Shown here in pieces: positions 1 to 13,312 of a DNA stretch of 64,000 nucleotides. The notes beneath the pieces were generated by a model, which searched no databases, was not told the DNA's origin, and saw only the letters and a program-made list of their open reading frames with translations. The position numbers were made by a program, and so were the translations under genes. Within the stretch, counting starts at the first letter, position 1. The number at the start of each line of letters is the position of its first letter. The stretch lies in NCBI RefSeq assembly GCF_009914755.1, contig NC_060928.1; one strand, written 5' to 3'. The stretch is from the human T2T-CHM13v2.0 reference genome, Homo sapiens.

Positions 1-849
1 TTGGGGTAAAAAAGTCCAGGTGAGTTGAGATGTTGCATTCGAAGGATCTTCAAAGGCAAACAAGAATTGAGAGTCAGGATGTACAGGGATGCAGAAAAAG
101 GCATCCTTAATATCCAGGACTGTAAACCATTCTGCTTCCTCTGGTATTTGAGAAAGCAGAGTATAAGGGTTAGGTACAGCTGGGTATAGAGGGACAACGG
201 CCTCATTGATAATCCTGAGATCTTGCACTAACCTCCACTGTCCGTTGGGTTTCTGTACTCCTAAAATTGGAGTATTGCAGGGGCTATTGCATGGTTTTAC
301 TAGGCCTTAGGCTTTTAGGTCCTTAACAATCTTTTGGAGTCCTTGTTGGGCCTCCGGTCTAAGGGGGTACTGCCTTCGGTAGGGAAAGAAGGCGGAATCC
401 TTTAGTTTAACTTGAACAGGATGGGCATTCTTTGCTCATCCATATTGTCCTTCTGTTGCCCAGACTTCAGGATTAATTCCTTCCTCAAGCAGGGGACAAC
501 AAACAGGTGTTCCTTCTCCTATGTTCAGTTGTATAATGGCCCCTGCTTTTGCTAGAATGTGTCTCCCTAACAAGGGAGTGGGGCTTTCAGGCATAATTAG
601 AAAAGCATGTGAAAAGAGTAAAGCTCCCCACTCACAACTTAGTGGCTGGGAGAAGTATCTAGTGACTGGCTGTCCTAGGACCCCTCGGATAGTGACAGAT
701 CTGGAGGACAGTTGTCTGGGACAGGAAAGTAAGACTGAGAAGGCTACACCAGTGTCCCAGAGACAGTTAACCTCCTGGCCTTCAATGGTCAAGCATACCC
801 GGGGCTCTGTGAGGGTGATGGCATGGGCTGGCCCTTGCCCCGGGCACCC
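1..849 (-). pseudogene. pol: HERV-W pro-pol, disrupted (protease and RT N-terminus)
   Basis: ORF 436..792 has DTG and LLGRHIL aspartyl-protease motifs and ends at a premature TGA. Downstream reads as RT (PYTLLSQIPEEAEWFTVLDIKDAFFCIPVHPDSQFLFAF). Confidence 0.9.
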
Positions 850-2312
850 TCAGTCCTGCTGCTGGATCATCTGGTTAGTGGCTTCTGACTCAGAGGACCT
901 TCATCCCCTGGGGCAGTGGGCCTTCCAGTGATTCCCATGCCATAAGGGGCATGGACAAGGGGTGGCTTACTTCTACTTGGACAATCTTTTTTAAAGTGTC
1001 CTTGTAGACCGCACTGGAAGCAAACCCTATTAGGCATTCAATTTTCTCAGCTTTTCCCTTTTCCAGAGCCTCCATAGTCCGCTTGCCTGAGGGCCATGAC
1101 TAAAGCGGTGGCCTTTTTTTTTTAATCCCGTTTGTCCCATTCTGCCTGCTCCTCCTGATCTCTATTATAAAAAACCGAGGTTGCCAAGTTCAATAGGGTT
1201 TCTAAGTTTTGTTCCGAGCCTAAGACGGACTTTTGAAGTTTTTTTCTAATGTCTGCAGCTGACTGAGTGATAAACTTATCTTTTAAGATTAGTTGGCCTT
1301 CAATAGAGTCAGGTGGCAGGGAGGTATGCTTCCTCAATGCCTCCCTTAGTCTCTCTAGAAAGGCAGTAGGATTTTCTTCCTTTCCCTGTGTTGTAGTGGA
1401 CATCATTCAATAATTCACAGGCTTCTTCCTAGTTTTCCTTAGTCCTTCTAGCACACAAGTTAGCAAATGTCTGTGGCACCAATCTCCATGTTCTGATTCT
1501 GTGTCCCAGTGAGGGTCTACATTGGGAACTGCCTGCCGGCCTGTGGGGAATTATTCTCTTTCCTCTCTTGTCATCCTATCATTGACCTGACTGAGATACC
1601 AGAGATCGCCAAACTCTCGGGCTGCAGTTATGGCGGCACTTCTCTCATTCAGGGTTAGTGTCTGATTTAGCAGTAACATTGTATCTCTCCATGTCGGATC
1701 AAAGGATTGTCCTAACCCTTGTAAAACATCAATATAGCCATCAGGGTTATCTGAGAATTTACCTAGGTCTATTTTAATTTGCTTTAAGTCTGAGAGAGAA
1801 AAAGGTACATGCACTCTGGCTGGGCCAAATTCTCCTCCTCCCACTGCTTGGAGGGGGCATAATCGGGGAATTTTGGCACTCTTTGGTTCATTGTCTACCC
1901 CTTTGTCTATCTCTTTTTGGACCATTTGGGTTGAAGGGGGGTCCTTATTAGTTGGAGAAGGAGTCGGAGAGACGCTGGGGTAGGGAGGTAGGCTCTGAGG
2001 GCTTCCTGTAGGGCATAAATCACACTTCTTACAAAATTGCAAGTTGTCTCTTAATGAAAAGAAATTTTGTACATATGGCACTTCACTCCATTTGCCTTCT
2101 TTTCTACAAAAGAGTTCTAGCTGTAAGATGGTATTATAATTTATACTTCCCTCAGGAGGCCAGGTTTCTCCCCCTTGAAGAGGATATCGTGGCCAGGCGG
2201 TACTGCAGAAGAATATAAGTCATTTCTTTCTTAGCGTCTGAGGGTCAAATTGGTCCCAATTCTCCAGAATACATCTTAGGGGCATTTTTGCCTCGGGGGG
2301 AACGTTTCCCAT
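850..2312 (-). pseudogene. gag: HERV-W gag, disrupted
   Basis: ATG at 2312. TGA at 2222-2220 and TAA at 1553-1551; apparent frameshift at the A-run ~1113-1123. Fragments 1551..2081 and 1122..1406 (QGKEENPTAFLERLREAL, major homology region). Intact CX2CX4HX4C knuckle CFQCGLQGHFKKDC at 1022-981. Confidence 0.9.
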
Positions 2313-2323
2313 TGCTTTTGGAG

Positions 2324-2341
2324 GTCCCTTTGTGGTCACCA
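2324..2341 (-). promoter_or_regulatory. Primer-binding site TGGTGACCACAAAGGGAC (Trp/Arg-type HERV-W PBS)
   Basis: 18-mer beginning TGG, 3 nt after the U5 terminal CA. Confidence 0.8.
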
Positions 2342-2344
2342 AAA

Positions 2345-2929
<585 letters not shown>

Positions 2930-2942
2930 TAATTAAAAATTT

Positions 2943-3263
<321 letters not shown>

Positions 3264-3264
3264 C

Positions 3265-4393
3265 ACATGGAGCTACATCAAACTGAAAAGCTTCTACACA
3301 GCAAAGAAAATAACCAAATGAAAAGATAATCTACAGACTGAGAGAAAATATTTGCAAACCATTAATCTGGCTAATATCCAAAATATATAAGAAATTCATA
3401 CAACTCAATAGCAACAAAACAAAACAAAAACCCAAAAAAGCTGATTAAAAGATGGGCAAAGGACCTAAAATACATTTTTCCAAGGAAAACATACGAATGG
3501 ACAACTTATGAAAAGGTGCTCAACGTCACTAATCATCAGGAAAATGCAAATCAAAACCACAATGAGACATCACCTCACACCTGTTTAGGATAGCTATTAT
3601 CAAAAAGGTGAGAGGCAACAAGTGTTGATGAAGGTGTGGAGAAAAGGAAACCTTTGTCCACTGTTGATAGGAATGTAAATTGGTATAGCCATTAGGCAAA
3701 AAACTATGGAGAGTTCTGAAAAAATTAAAAATAGAGGCAAGGCATGGTGGCTTATTCCTCTAATCTCAGCACTTTGGAAGGCTGAGGCATGAGGATCACT
3801 TGAGCCCAGGAGTTTGAGGCTGTAGTGAGCTATGATTGTGCCACTGCACTCCAACCTGGGTGAAAGAGAGAGACCTCATCCCTAAAAAAACAGACAAAAA
3901 GGAAATAAAATCAGTATCTCGAAGTGATATCTGCACCTGCTTGTTCATTTCAGTATAATTCACAATAGATATGGAAACAATCTAAGTGTTAATTGGCAGT
4001 TAAATGGATAAAGAAAATCACACACACACACACACATACACTGTGAAATATTAGTCAGGCTTAAAAAGGAGTAAATCCTGCCATTTTTGACAACATGAAT
4101 GAACTTGGAGGACATTATGTTAAGTGAAACAAGCCAGACTCAGACTCAAATATTGTATGATCTCATTTATATGCAGAATCTAAAAAAGTCCAACTCATTG
4201 AAGAAGAGAGTAGAGCAGTGACTACCAGCTGTTGTGGGGTGGGGGAAATGGGAGATGTTGGTCAAAGGTTACAAACTTTCATTTATAACATGAGTAAATT
4301 TTGGGGATCTATTGTACAGCATGATAGCTACAGTTAATAATACTGTATTGTTTACTTAAAATTTGCCAGAGAGTATGCCTTAAGTGTTCTTAT

Positions 4394-4427
<34 letters not shown>

Positions 4428-4567
4428 ATGGTGATGGATGTGTTAATTAATTTGATTTTGGTAATTATTACACAAAGTATATGTATATCAAATCAACAAG
4501 TTGAACACGTTAAATAGATATAATTTTTCTTTGTCAATTATACCTCAATAAAGCTGAAAAAAAAGAA
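3265..4567 (+). mobile_element. Old L1 (L1MA/MB-type) ORF2 3' end and 3'UTR, interrupted by an Alu monomer and (CA)n
   Basis: ctacatcaaactgaaaagcttctacacagcaaagaaa and gaaaatgcaaatcaaaaccacaatgagacatcacctcacacc; ends tacctcaataaagctgaaaaaaaa. Confidence 0.85.
3736..3900 (+). mobile_element. Alu monomer (FAM/FRAM-like)
   Basis: Single right-arm-type monomer with A tail. Confidence 0.8.
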
Positions 4568-4589
4568 ATATAACATGAGTCACAAACGT

Positions 4590-4860
4590 GAGCCACATTG
4601 TAATTCTAAATGTTCTAATAGTCACATGAAAGAAGTAAAAAAAGTAAAATTAATTTTAATAATATATTCTATTTACTAGTATATTAAAATCATTACCATT
4701 TAAATATGTATTCAGTATAAAATTATTAATGAGATAGTTTACTTTTTTAAAAATATTAAGCCTTGGAATAAGTATGTATTTTACACTCATAATACATCTC
4801 AGTTTGGACAGGCCTCACACTTCAAATGCTCAGTGTGTACCGTATAGGACAGTGTATCTT
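4590..4860 (+). mobile_element. MER33-like hAT-Charlie MITE
   Basis: gagccacattgtaattctaaatgttctaatagtcacat...catctcagtttggac...accgtataggacagtg resembles the recalled MER33/MER3 consensus. Confidence 0.6.
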
Positions 4861-5273
4861 TAGATCACTGTTGTCAATATAAAAACAAAATATGTGAAAA
4901 TCTTTATTATAACAATTGAATTCATGATTTTCCTCAAATGAAGGCAAAGAAATAAAATTTTATGAAATAAGTATACTATAAAATGATTTATATGGTGTAT
5001 GTGTCCTTATTTTATTATTCAACTACACATCAATAGAATACTCAGATATACACACGTGTGAATATATTAGTTGTCTTTGATGTTTTTCAGGCACATAAAA
5101 AGCATAACTTTACATGTTTTTTTACTTAGTCACTATAAAGTTATATTTATCAAGGTAGGCACCTAAAACATTTTATTTATTTATTTATTTTTAAAGTAAC
5201 CAGTTTATTTTGTTTTATTGGAGGGTGTTGATTGGGCATTTTGTTTTGTTTTGTTTTGTTTTGCTTTGTTTTA

Positions 5274-5422
5274 GAGTCGGAGTTTTGCTCTGTCATCCTG
5301 GCTGGAGTGCAGTGGAACGAACATAGCTTACTGTAGCCTCGAACTTCTGGGCCCAAGGGATCCTCCTGCCTTAGCTTCTGGAGTAGGGGGCACTAGAGGC
5401 GCATGCCACCCCACCTGGCTAA
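5274..5422 (-). mobile_element. Alu right-arm monomer with (TTTTG)n tail
   Basis: Antisense Alu right arm preceded by ttttg repeats at ~5239-5272. Confidence 0.8.
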
Positions 5423-5443
5423 CATTTTATTTAAGAGTTTACT

Positions 5444-5571
5444 AGGCCAGGCACAGTGGCTCATGCCTGTAATCCCAGCATTTGTGAGGCTGAGATGGGA
5501 GGATTCTTTGAGGCCAGGAGTTCGAGACCAGCCTGGTCAACATAGTGAGACCCCATCTCTAAGAAAAAAAA
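5444..5571 (+). mobile_element. FLAM-type Alu monomer
   Basis: Left-arm monomer flanked by imperfect TSD aagagtttacta / aaaagtttgcta. Confidence 0.8.
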
Positions 5572-5739
5572 GTTTGCTAACTTGATTTCCAACACTTAAA
5601 TATTTGGGCATATAGTAGGCATTCATCTATAACCTTGCCACAGGCCCTGCAAAAGTTGGACTTGGGCCTGGCTTGGAACTCTGCTTTCAAATGTTGGCAT
5701 GACTCATTCCCTCACTCCTTTGAGAATGAGCTCAAATTT

Positions 5740-6292
5740 CGTTTTGTCAGTGAGAACCGAAACTGTATACACCCACATAGCTTACTGTGTATATTTACAG
5801 GCCTTTGTTATTCTAGGTTTCATCAACATAGCTTTACTATTCTAGGAAACTCTTGCTGAAGAAGATAAAAGTTGTGAATAACATTATCATTCATTTCAGC
5901 AATGTCCCAAAAGGCCATCAACTCTTCATGAAAAGCATCAATTTGTTCCTCCAGTCATGGGAGCCATATCAAAACTACAGTTGAAACCCCAAGACTGCTT
6001 GAACCCAAGACTCTTTGAAAACCTTGCCTTTACATCTTCACTTTGCTGTGACCACGAATCTTAAACTATTAAGTCATAATCCTTACAGAGTGTTAATTAA
6101 GCACTGATATCGGATAAGATCTGTCTTAAACTGACTTAGAGTCCCAGTAAATATCCTGACTTTGTTCTCCCTCTTCTGAGATGCTCTAAGATTCTGTGGA
6201 GGGAGTACTCCCTTCCCAAGATCAATATAAGCTCAGCTTTGTCTTTTCGACAGGTTGTCATAGTGATAATTTGGGGAGCCAGCATTCAGGAT
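5740..6292 (+). mobile_element. Probable ancient ERV solo LTR (family undetermined)
   Basis: LTR-like 3' end (ttctgagatgctctaagattctg...aatataagctcagctttgtc...ggggagccagcattc); recognised by pattern only. Confidence 0.35.
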
Positions 6293-6315
6293 CAGTAAGT
6301 CTTTCTCTGAACATT

Positions 6316-6849
<534 letters not shown>

Positions 6850-6989
6850 TGATGATCTGGCTTTATCCCAGAGATGTGAAATTAATAACACATCAGGGTA
6901 TAAAGAGAATATTCTTTCCACATGAATATCATTTCTCATAAAGGAGTTTTTACAGAAAATTAGCAACTTCTCTGGAATTAAAGGAACAT

Positions 6990-7205
6990 CGCTCTGTTAC
7001 CCAGGCTGGAGTACAGTGGCGAGATCATAGCTCACTGCAGGCTTGACCTCTCAGGCTTAAGCAATCCTCCTGCTTCAGCCTCCTGAGTAGCTGGGACTAC
7101 AGATGTGCACCACCGCACCCAACTAATCTTTAAATTTTTAATTTTTTGTAGAGACGGGGTCCAACTATGTTGCCCAGGCTGGTCTCAAACTCCTGGGCTC
7201 AAGCA
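6990..7205 (-). mobile_element. AluJ fragment
   Basis: gagatcatagctcactgcag...ggtctcaaactcctgggctcaagc; truncated at both ends. Confidence 0.85.
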
Positions 7206-7747
7206 GTTGTCCACAGGCTGCAGTTTTAGTTCATACAGAATTGTCCTCAAAGAATGTCATAGTCTGGGCTACATTTTGGACTTATTTCCCTTTCTTCTTT
7301 ATGGGGGATGTTCAATCTGTGATTTTCTGAGTTCCTCAGATGAAAGGCTTCTGCAAGTCTGTGAAGGTTTTTTAAAGTCTTGAATTTAAGATGAAGAATT
7401 GTTGAAATTAGTCTGGGACATCTGCTTTGATGAAGAGTCTTGACAGCCAATCAAAAGATAGCAGGTTTTCAGCTTCTCTTTTTAGAACCAAGACTATCTT
7501 GAACTTACTCTCTTTGAGCAGGATTTTTCTCTTCATCATTTAACACGGAAAGAAAAAAGGGATGGAACAGGGTGAATTGAAGCTCACAAGGACATGCTTG
7601 AAGAATTATGGGTGTACAAGCAAACTTCAGGGTAGGAGAAAAAAGAATTATGGGCGAATGCTTCCTTTAACATTTTACTAAGTGGGGTTTGGAAGGCAAG
7701 AGAGAGGTGAGGAAAAGACCTGAATCAATAGAATGGATGTAGAGTAT

Positions 7748-8633
<886 letters not shown>

Positions 8634-9684
8634 GAGATGCCAGATGTGGATACAAAGAGAAGAAAAATCTGAAGACTGAATTATGAGAGAAAAACTAAGA
8701 GCTAGAGAGGAGATACATTTAAAGATGTATTTAAGAAAACTACATTAACTGACAGTGCATTTTGGAGTAGGGTTGCAATAAAGTGCTGTGATTTTATTTC
8801 ACTCTGAGTATGGAGTAGTAGTTCAGCCCACCCAACAGGGTCAATCCAGTCACAGTTGCCTTACTTGTAGATAAAATGAAGTAAGATAAGCCTTAGCTAA
8901 AATAAAGCAGCCAAATAAAAAAAATAGAAACTATTAATACATTTAATAGATTCTCAAATGGTCAGGGCTCTTCCCTGCTTTTTTTTTTTCTAAAGTAAAA
9001 GCAACCAAAAAAATAGAAAATACTTGTATTGTTAAGACTAAGATGATAGTGAACAAGGCCACTCATACTAGAGAGTATTTATGGGAAATGTTTTTGTATG
9101 GAACCAGATAATTTAATAATAGCCACTGTAATGGGTGATCTCAGACAAATAACATCTTTGGGTCTTTTTTTCTTCTTTGTAATACATGAATTGAACTAAA
9201 TGAGTTTTACCCTCTCTTTTAGCTTTTGACTGTTTATGTATATTAAAATGACTGCTTTTCCCCCAAAGAGCTATTATCTCAGGTATTTATAGTCTAAACC
9301 CAGAGAACGGGAGATTCTCTTTTAGTTTTGATTTTATCATTCTTGAGAAACGTTTTTGTTAACACTTTGGAAAATATAACCACAGCGTGCGGAACTGAGC
9401 AATAGCAGGCTTCTATTTCATTCCCAAATCCTTGGATAACAGGATTCAGTGAACGGCAATGGTACCAAAAATTATGAAAGTGATGAGTCAAGACAAGTAC
9501 ACATGGCACCCAAGGAAATCTCAGTTTTAATTTCATGATGTGACAAGTTCCGTGCCAATTTTCTCTGTTAGATAATATATTCAGTGTTTTGAGAATTCCA
9601 GGCACTTGAAAATCTTTTCAACAAGAACACTATAAAAAAATACAAAGAGTCATTTGAAAAATTAGTTTTTGACTACAAAAATCT

Positions 9685-9880
9685 TAACTATGTGAGGTAA
9701 TAAATATGCTGATTGGCTAGATCTACTCATTCCATAATGCATATATACTTCAAAACATCGTGGTGTACATGATACATATAATTTTTTCTGTCAATTAAAA
9801 AAAATAAGGTTATTTATTAAATAAATACATGGAGAGACATACAATATTCATAGATTGAAATGTCCAGAATAATAAAGATG
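9685..9880 (+). mobile_element. Old L1 fragments (3'UTR end, then an ORF2 piece)
   Basis: taactatgtgaggtaat...ctgtcaattaaaaaaaa, then aataaatacatggagagacatacaatattcatagattgaaa...aaagatg (ORF2 'NKWRDIPCSWIG..KM' region). Confidence 0.6.
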
Positions 9881-9995
9881 GTTTTTGCTGTCTGCCTGGG
9901 ATGGCCCTGCACGTCTACATAGCTGGTGCCCTGGTGATTGTGGCACAGCTGCCTGAGGAGCTGCCTGAGGAGGGGTGGTGCCTTCCCAGAGCCGG
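9878..9995 (+). pseudogene. DHRSX exon-1-like segment (first exon shared with ZBED1)
   Basis: From 9904 reads ALHVYIAGALVIVAQL...GAFPEP, versus the recalled DHRSX N-terminus ALRVYAVGAAVILAQLLRRCRGGFLEP. Confidence 0.75.
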
Positions 9996-10045
9996 GTCCC
10001 CACGAGTGAGTGGAAGTTCAGCAGGCAGGGTCTTGTGGAGAAGCA

Positions 10046-11978
10046 ACAGAGAATAAAGGCCTGGAAATCTCCCAGATAGACCTGAAGTTACAGGCCCACC
10101 TCTACACCCATGGCAAGATGTGGAAGTATTGCAGCTTGGACACCGATACCAAGTCATGAGTCTTGCCATGGAATAAAATCTGCTGCATCTGCCTGGTGCA
10201 GATCACCTATTCTGAAACACCTCCAACCTGTCCTGCCACCTGAAGGAGATGACCTCTAAGAGTTTTACAGTCACCCAGCAGATGTGGGAAGCCTTCACTC
10301 CCACCTCCTCCAAACCGAAGCCCAAGTCATCCCAGCAGTTGTCGCAGGACCCACTGGCCACAAAGGCTGGCCACAGTGATGAGAGCAAGCAGTAGCAGGA
10401 ACTGATGGCCACGTCCTTGGGCTCATATGCAAGGGGCAAGGATATCCAGAGAGGACGAGCCCACTTTCAAGGTGCTGGCCGACCCCAGGTACCAGCTCCT
10501 GAGCAGGAAGTACATCTCCACCAAGGCCATCCCTGAGAAGCATGGAGGGTCAGAGAGGTGATCCTGAAGAAGTCAGCCAACGCCTTTTGGTGTGGCATCT
10601 CCAGGGGCAAGTGGAGGAGTGAGAACCAGAATCGAGTCTTGGTGATATTGGCTGTCCAGTTCCTCGGTGTTAGCTCCCCCGACAGCCTGTATGTGGGTTC
10701 CGGTGCCTGAAGACATTTGAGGTGCTCGAAAAGAACACAGCGGAAACCATCATGCCGGTGCTCTTCATCAAATGGGGCATCAACATCAAGGAGTGCAGGG
10801 CCACCACCGACTATGGCAAGGACATCATGAAGGTGTGCCCCTTGCTCAACATTGCTGTTCAAATGCCTTACTTGTGCAGACCTCCTATGCTGGCATCAGC
10901 AGGCTTTCCAGCTCCCTAAACTGGAGAGCCTGCTCTCTTGGTGCTGTCCACCGGTGGACTACTTCCAGCAGCCCACCATGGCCTTTGACATGCTCTTGTG
11001 GAGAAGCAGACACAGCAAAACAGGGACACTGCATGCTGGTGAGCAATCATCTCCTGGTGGGGAAGCATACTGGCCATGCTGCAGCCGCTCAAAGAGCAGC
11101 AGTGCGTCATCCCTGGTGTATCTGAAGACAGCAACAATCACAACCTGATGTTGGAGGCTACCAAGTGGTCCACCATCCAGGGGCTGGTGGAATTCCTGCA
11201 GCTCTGCAAGCAAGTGGCCAAGATACTGTCTGCCTTGAAGTATCCCACCATCAGCACAGTGAAACTGCTGTTTCACATGCTGCTAAATACCACGTTCAAC
11301 AACAAGGAGACTGACTCCAAGGAGATCCCCATGGCCAAGAGGGTGATTGCCAAGGAGCTCTACAAGACCTGCTAGGAGACGCCTGAAATGGGCATGTTTC
11401 CAAATGTCACCATCTTCCTGGACCCACGCTACAAGAGGCTGCCCTTCCTGCTTGTCTTCGAGAGGCAGCAGATGGAGAACTCTGTGGTCAGGGGCCAAGG
11501 CCTCCTGGACAACGTCAAAGACGGCAGCTACCGGCTGGCCAATGCAAGATCTACCCTTTGCCGGAAAAACGTCCCGTGAAGAAGCTCACGGGGACGTCGG
11601 TGCCTCAGCCCTCCTGCATGATCAACAGCATGCTGGCTGAGATCTGCCGCCAGACCAGCGGCCTGGAGGACCAGGAGGAAGGGCATGCCCAGGTGGTGGA
11701 GGAGATGAGGGACTTCAAGTTTTAGAAGGTGCTTGGCCACCTGCGTTGTGCTGGAGCATCTCTTTGGCTCCGCGGCCAAATGGTCAACACCAAGAGGAAC
11801 CGGCTGGCCCCTAACAAGCAGGTCTTTCTGTACCTGAACGAGCTTAACCAGGCAGAGGCGGAGGCAGAGCCCGAGGCCCAGGACAAAAAGCAGTGGGGCT
11901 TGGATAGAGAGCAGGTGTTCCCTTGGGAAACGGTGTCAGCCAAGCTTCTTTGGCATCTGGGATAGTGGCTTCCTATAG
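10046..11978 (+). pseudogene. ZBED1P1: ZBED1-homologous CDS remnant (BED zinc finger, hAT transposase-like domain, partial hATC dimerisation domain)
   Basis: Start codon position reads ACA (10046-10048). In-frame TGA in the BED finger, multiple frameshifts, TAG at 11373-11375, internal deletion at ~11738; native-position stop TAG at 11976-11978. Confidence 0.93.
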
Positions 11979-12406
11979 AGAGGAAGCCTTGTCTTATGAG
12001 TCATAGCCTCGAGGTAGTCTGTTGGATGCATTGCTTGTAAATACTGTAAATATAGCTTGGTTTTGAACCTCAAAGACCAACCGTGGCCTTTGAAATCTAA
12101 AGGGAAAGGCGGAAAACAGAAAGAGATGTTAGAAGAAAGAGATAAAGGCTTTGGGTTGATGGGTCCTCTTCTCCTCTGGTCCATCAGGCAACTCCTGCTT
12201 GGGAGTTGCCAAGGGGAAACTCCCCAAGGACAGCAGAACCTGGAGGAGGTTTTGGATCACAGACACTTGGGACATGGCACAGGCACACCATTTGCGATTT
12301 CTGATTGAAGTTCTTCCTGGGAGGGTTTAGAATAAATCCAAGAAAATTCTGGGTGGAATCATCTGAGGGATTTTGGAGATCTCTAGATGAATGAATTCAT
12401 GTTTAC

Positions 12407-12696
12407 TTTTTTTTGAAATGGGGTCTCACTCTGTAGCCCAGGCTGGAGTGCAGAGATGTGATCTTGGCTCACTGCAAGCTTTGCCTCCAAGGTTGAAGTG
12501 ATTCTCATGCCTCAGCCTCCTGAGTAGCTGGGATTACAGGTGTGTACCACCACACCTGGCTAATTTTTGTATTTTTAGTAGAGGTGGGGTTTCACCATGT
12601 TGGCCAGGTTGGTCTCGAACTCCTGACCTCAAGTGATCCACCTGTCTCAGACTCCCAAATTGCTGGGATTACAGGCATGAGTCACCGCGCCCGGCG
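12407..12696 (-). mobile_element. AluS inserted in the putative ZBED1 pseudogene 3'UTR
   Basis: TSD atgtttac at 12399-12406 and 12697-12704. Confidence 0.93.
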
Positions 12697-12955
12697 ATGT
12701 TTACATTTTAATGGAAGCAGAGACCATGCTTCTGGGAGATTTGAAAGAGATCCTTTAGCCCAAATGTCCTTCCTGCAAAAGAGAGATCAGTTTTATGTTT
12801 GGTTAAACGTGTGAATAATGAGCAAAAAATGCAGGCACTTTTAAAACACAGGGGAAAAAAGGCCTTGAATGTGTTGTATTTTTGGCATGTTGCAGGCAAT
12901 TAGTCTTTTTATCTCAAAATTCACTTTGTAGACTTGGTTCCTGAAAGACAAGTCA

Positions 12956-13312
<357 letters not shown>

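Noticed and set aside
9294-9605. 103-aa minus-strand ORF as a host exon
   Set aside because: No recognisable homology or convincing gene structure; kept only as a possible non-coding element.
9915-11943. Many overlapping antisense and alternative-frame ORFs
   Set aside because: Expected by-product of GC-rich decayed coding sequence; no recognisable protein.
9878-12100. Autonomous or active hAT transposon, or a functional ZBED gene
   Set aside because: No TIRs or 8-bp TSD seen; start codon lost; many stops and frameshifts; the spliced leader indicates an mRNA retrocopy.
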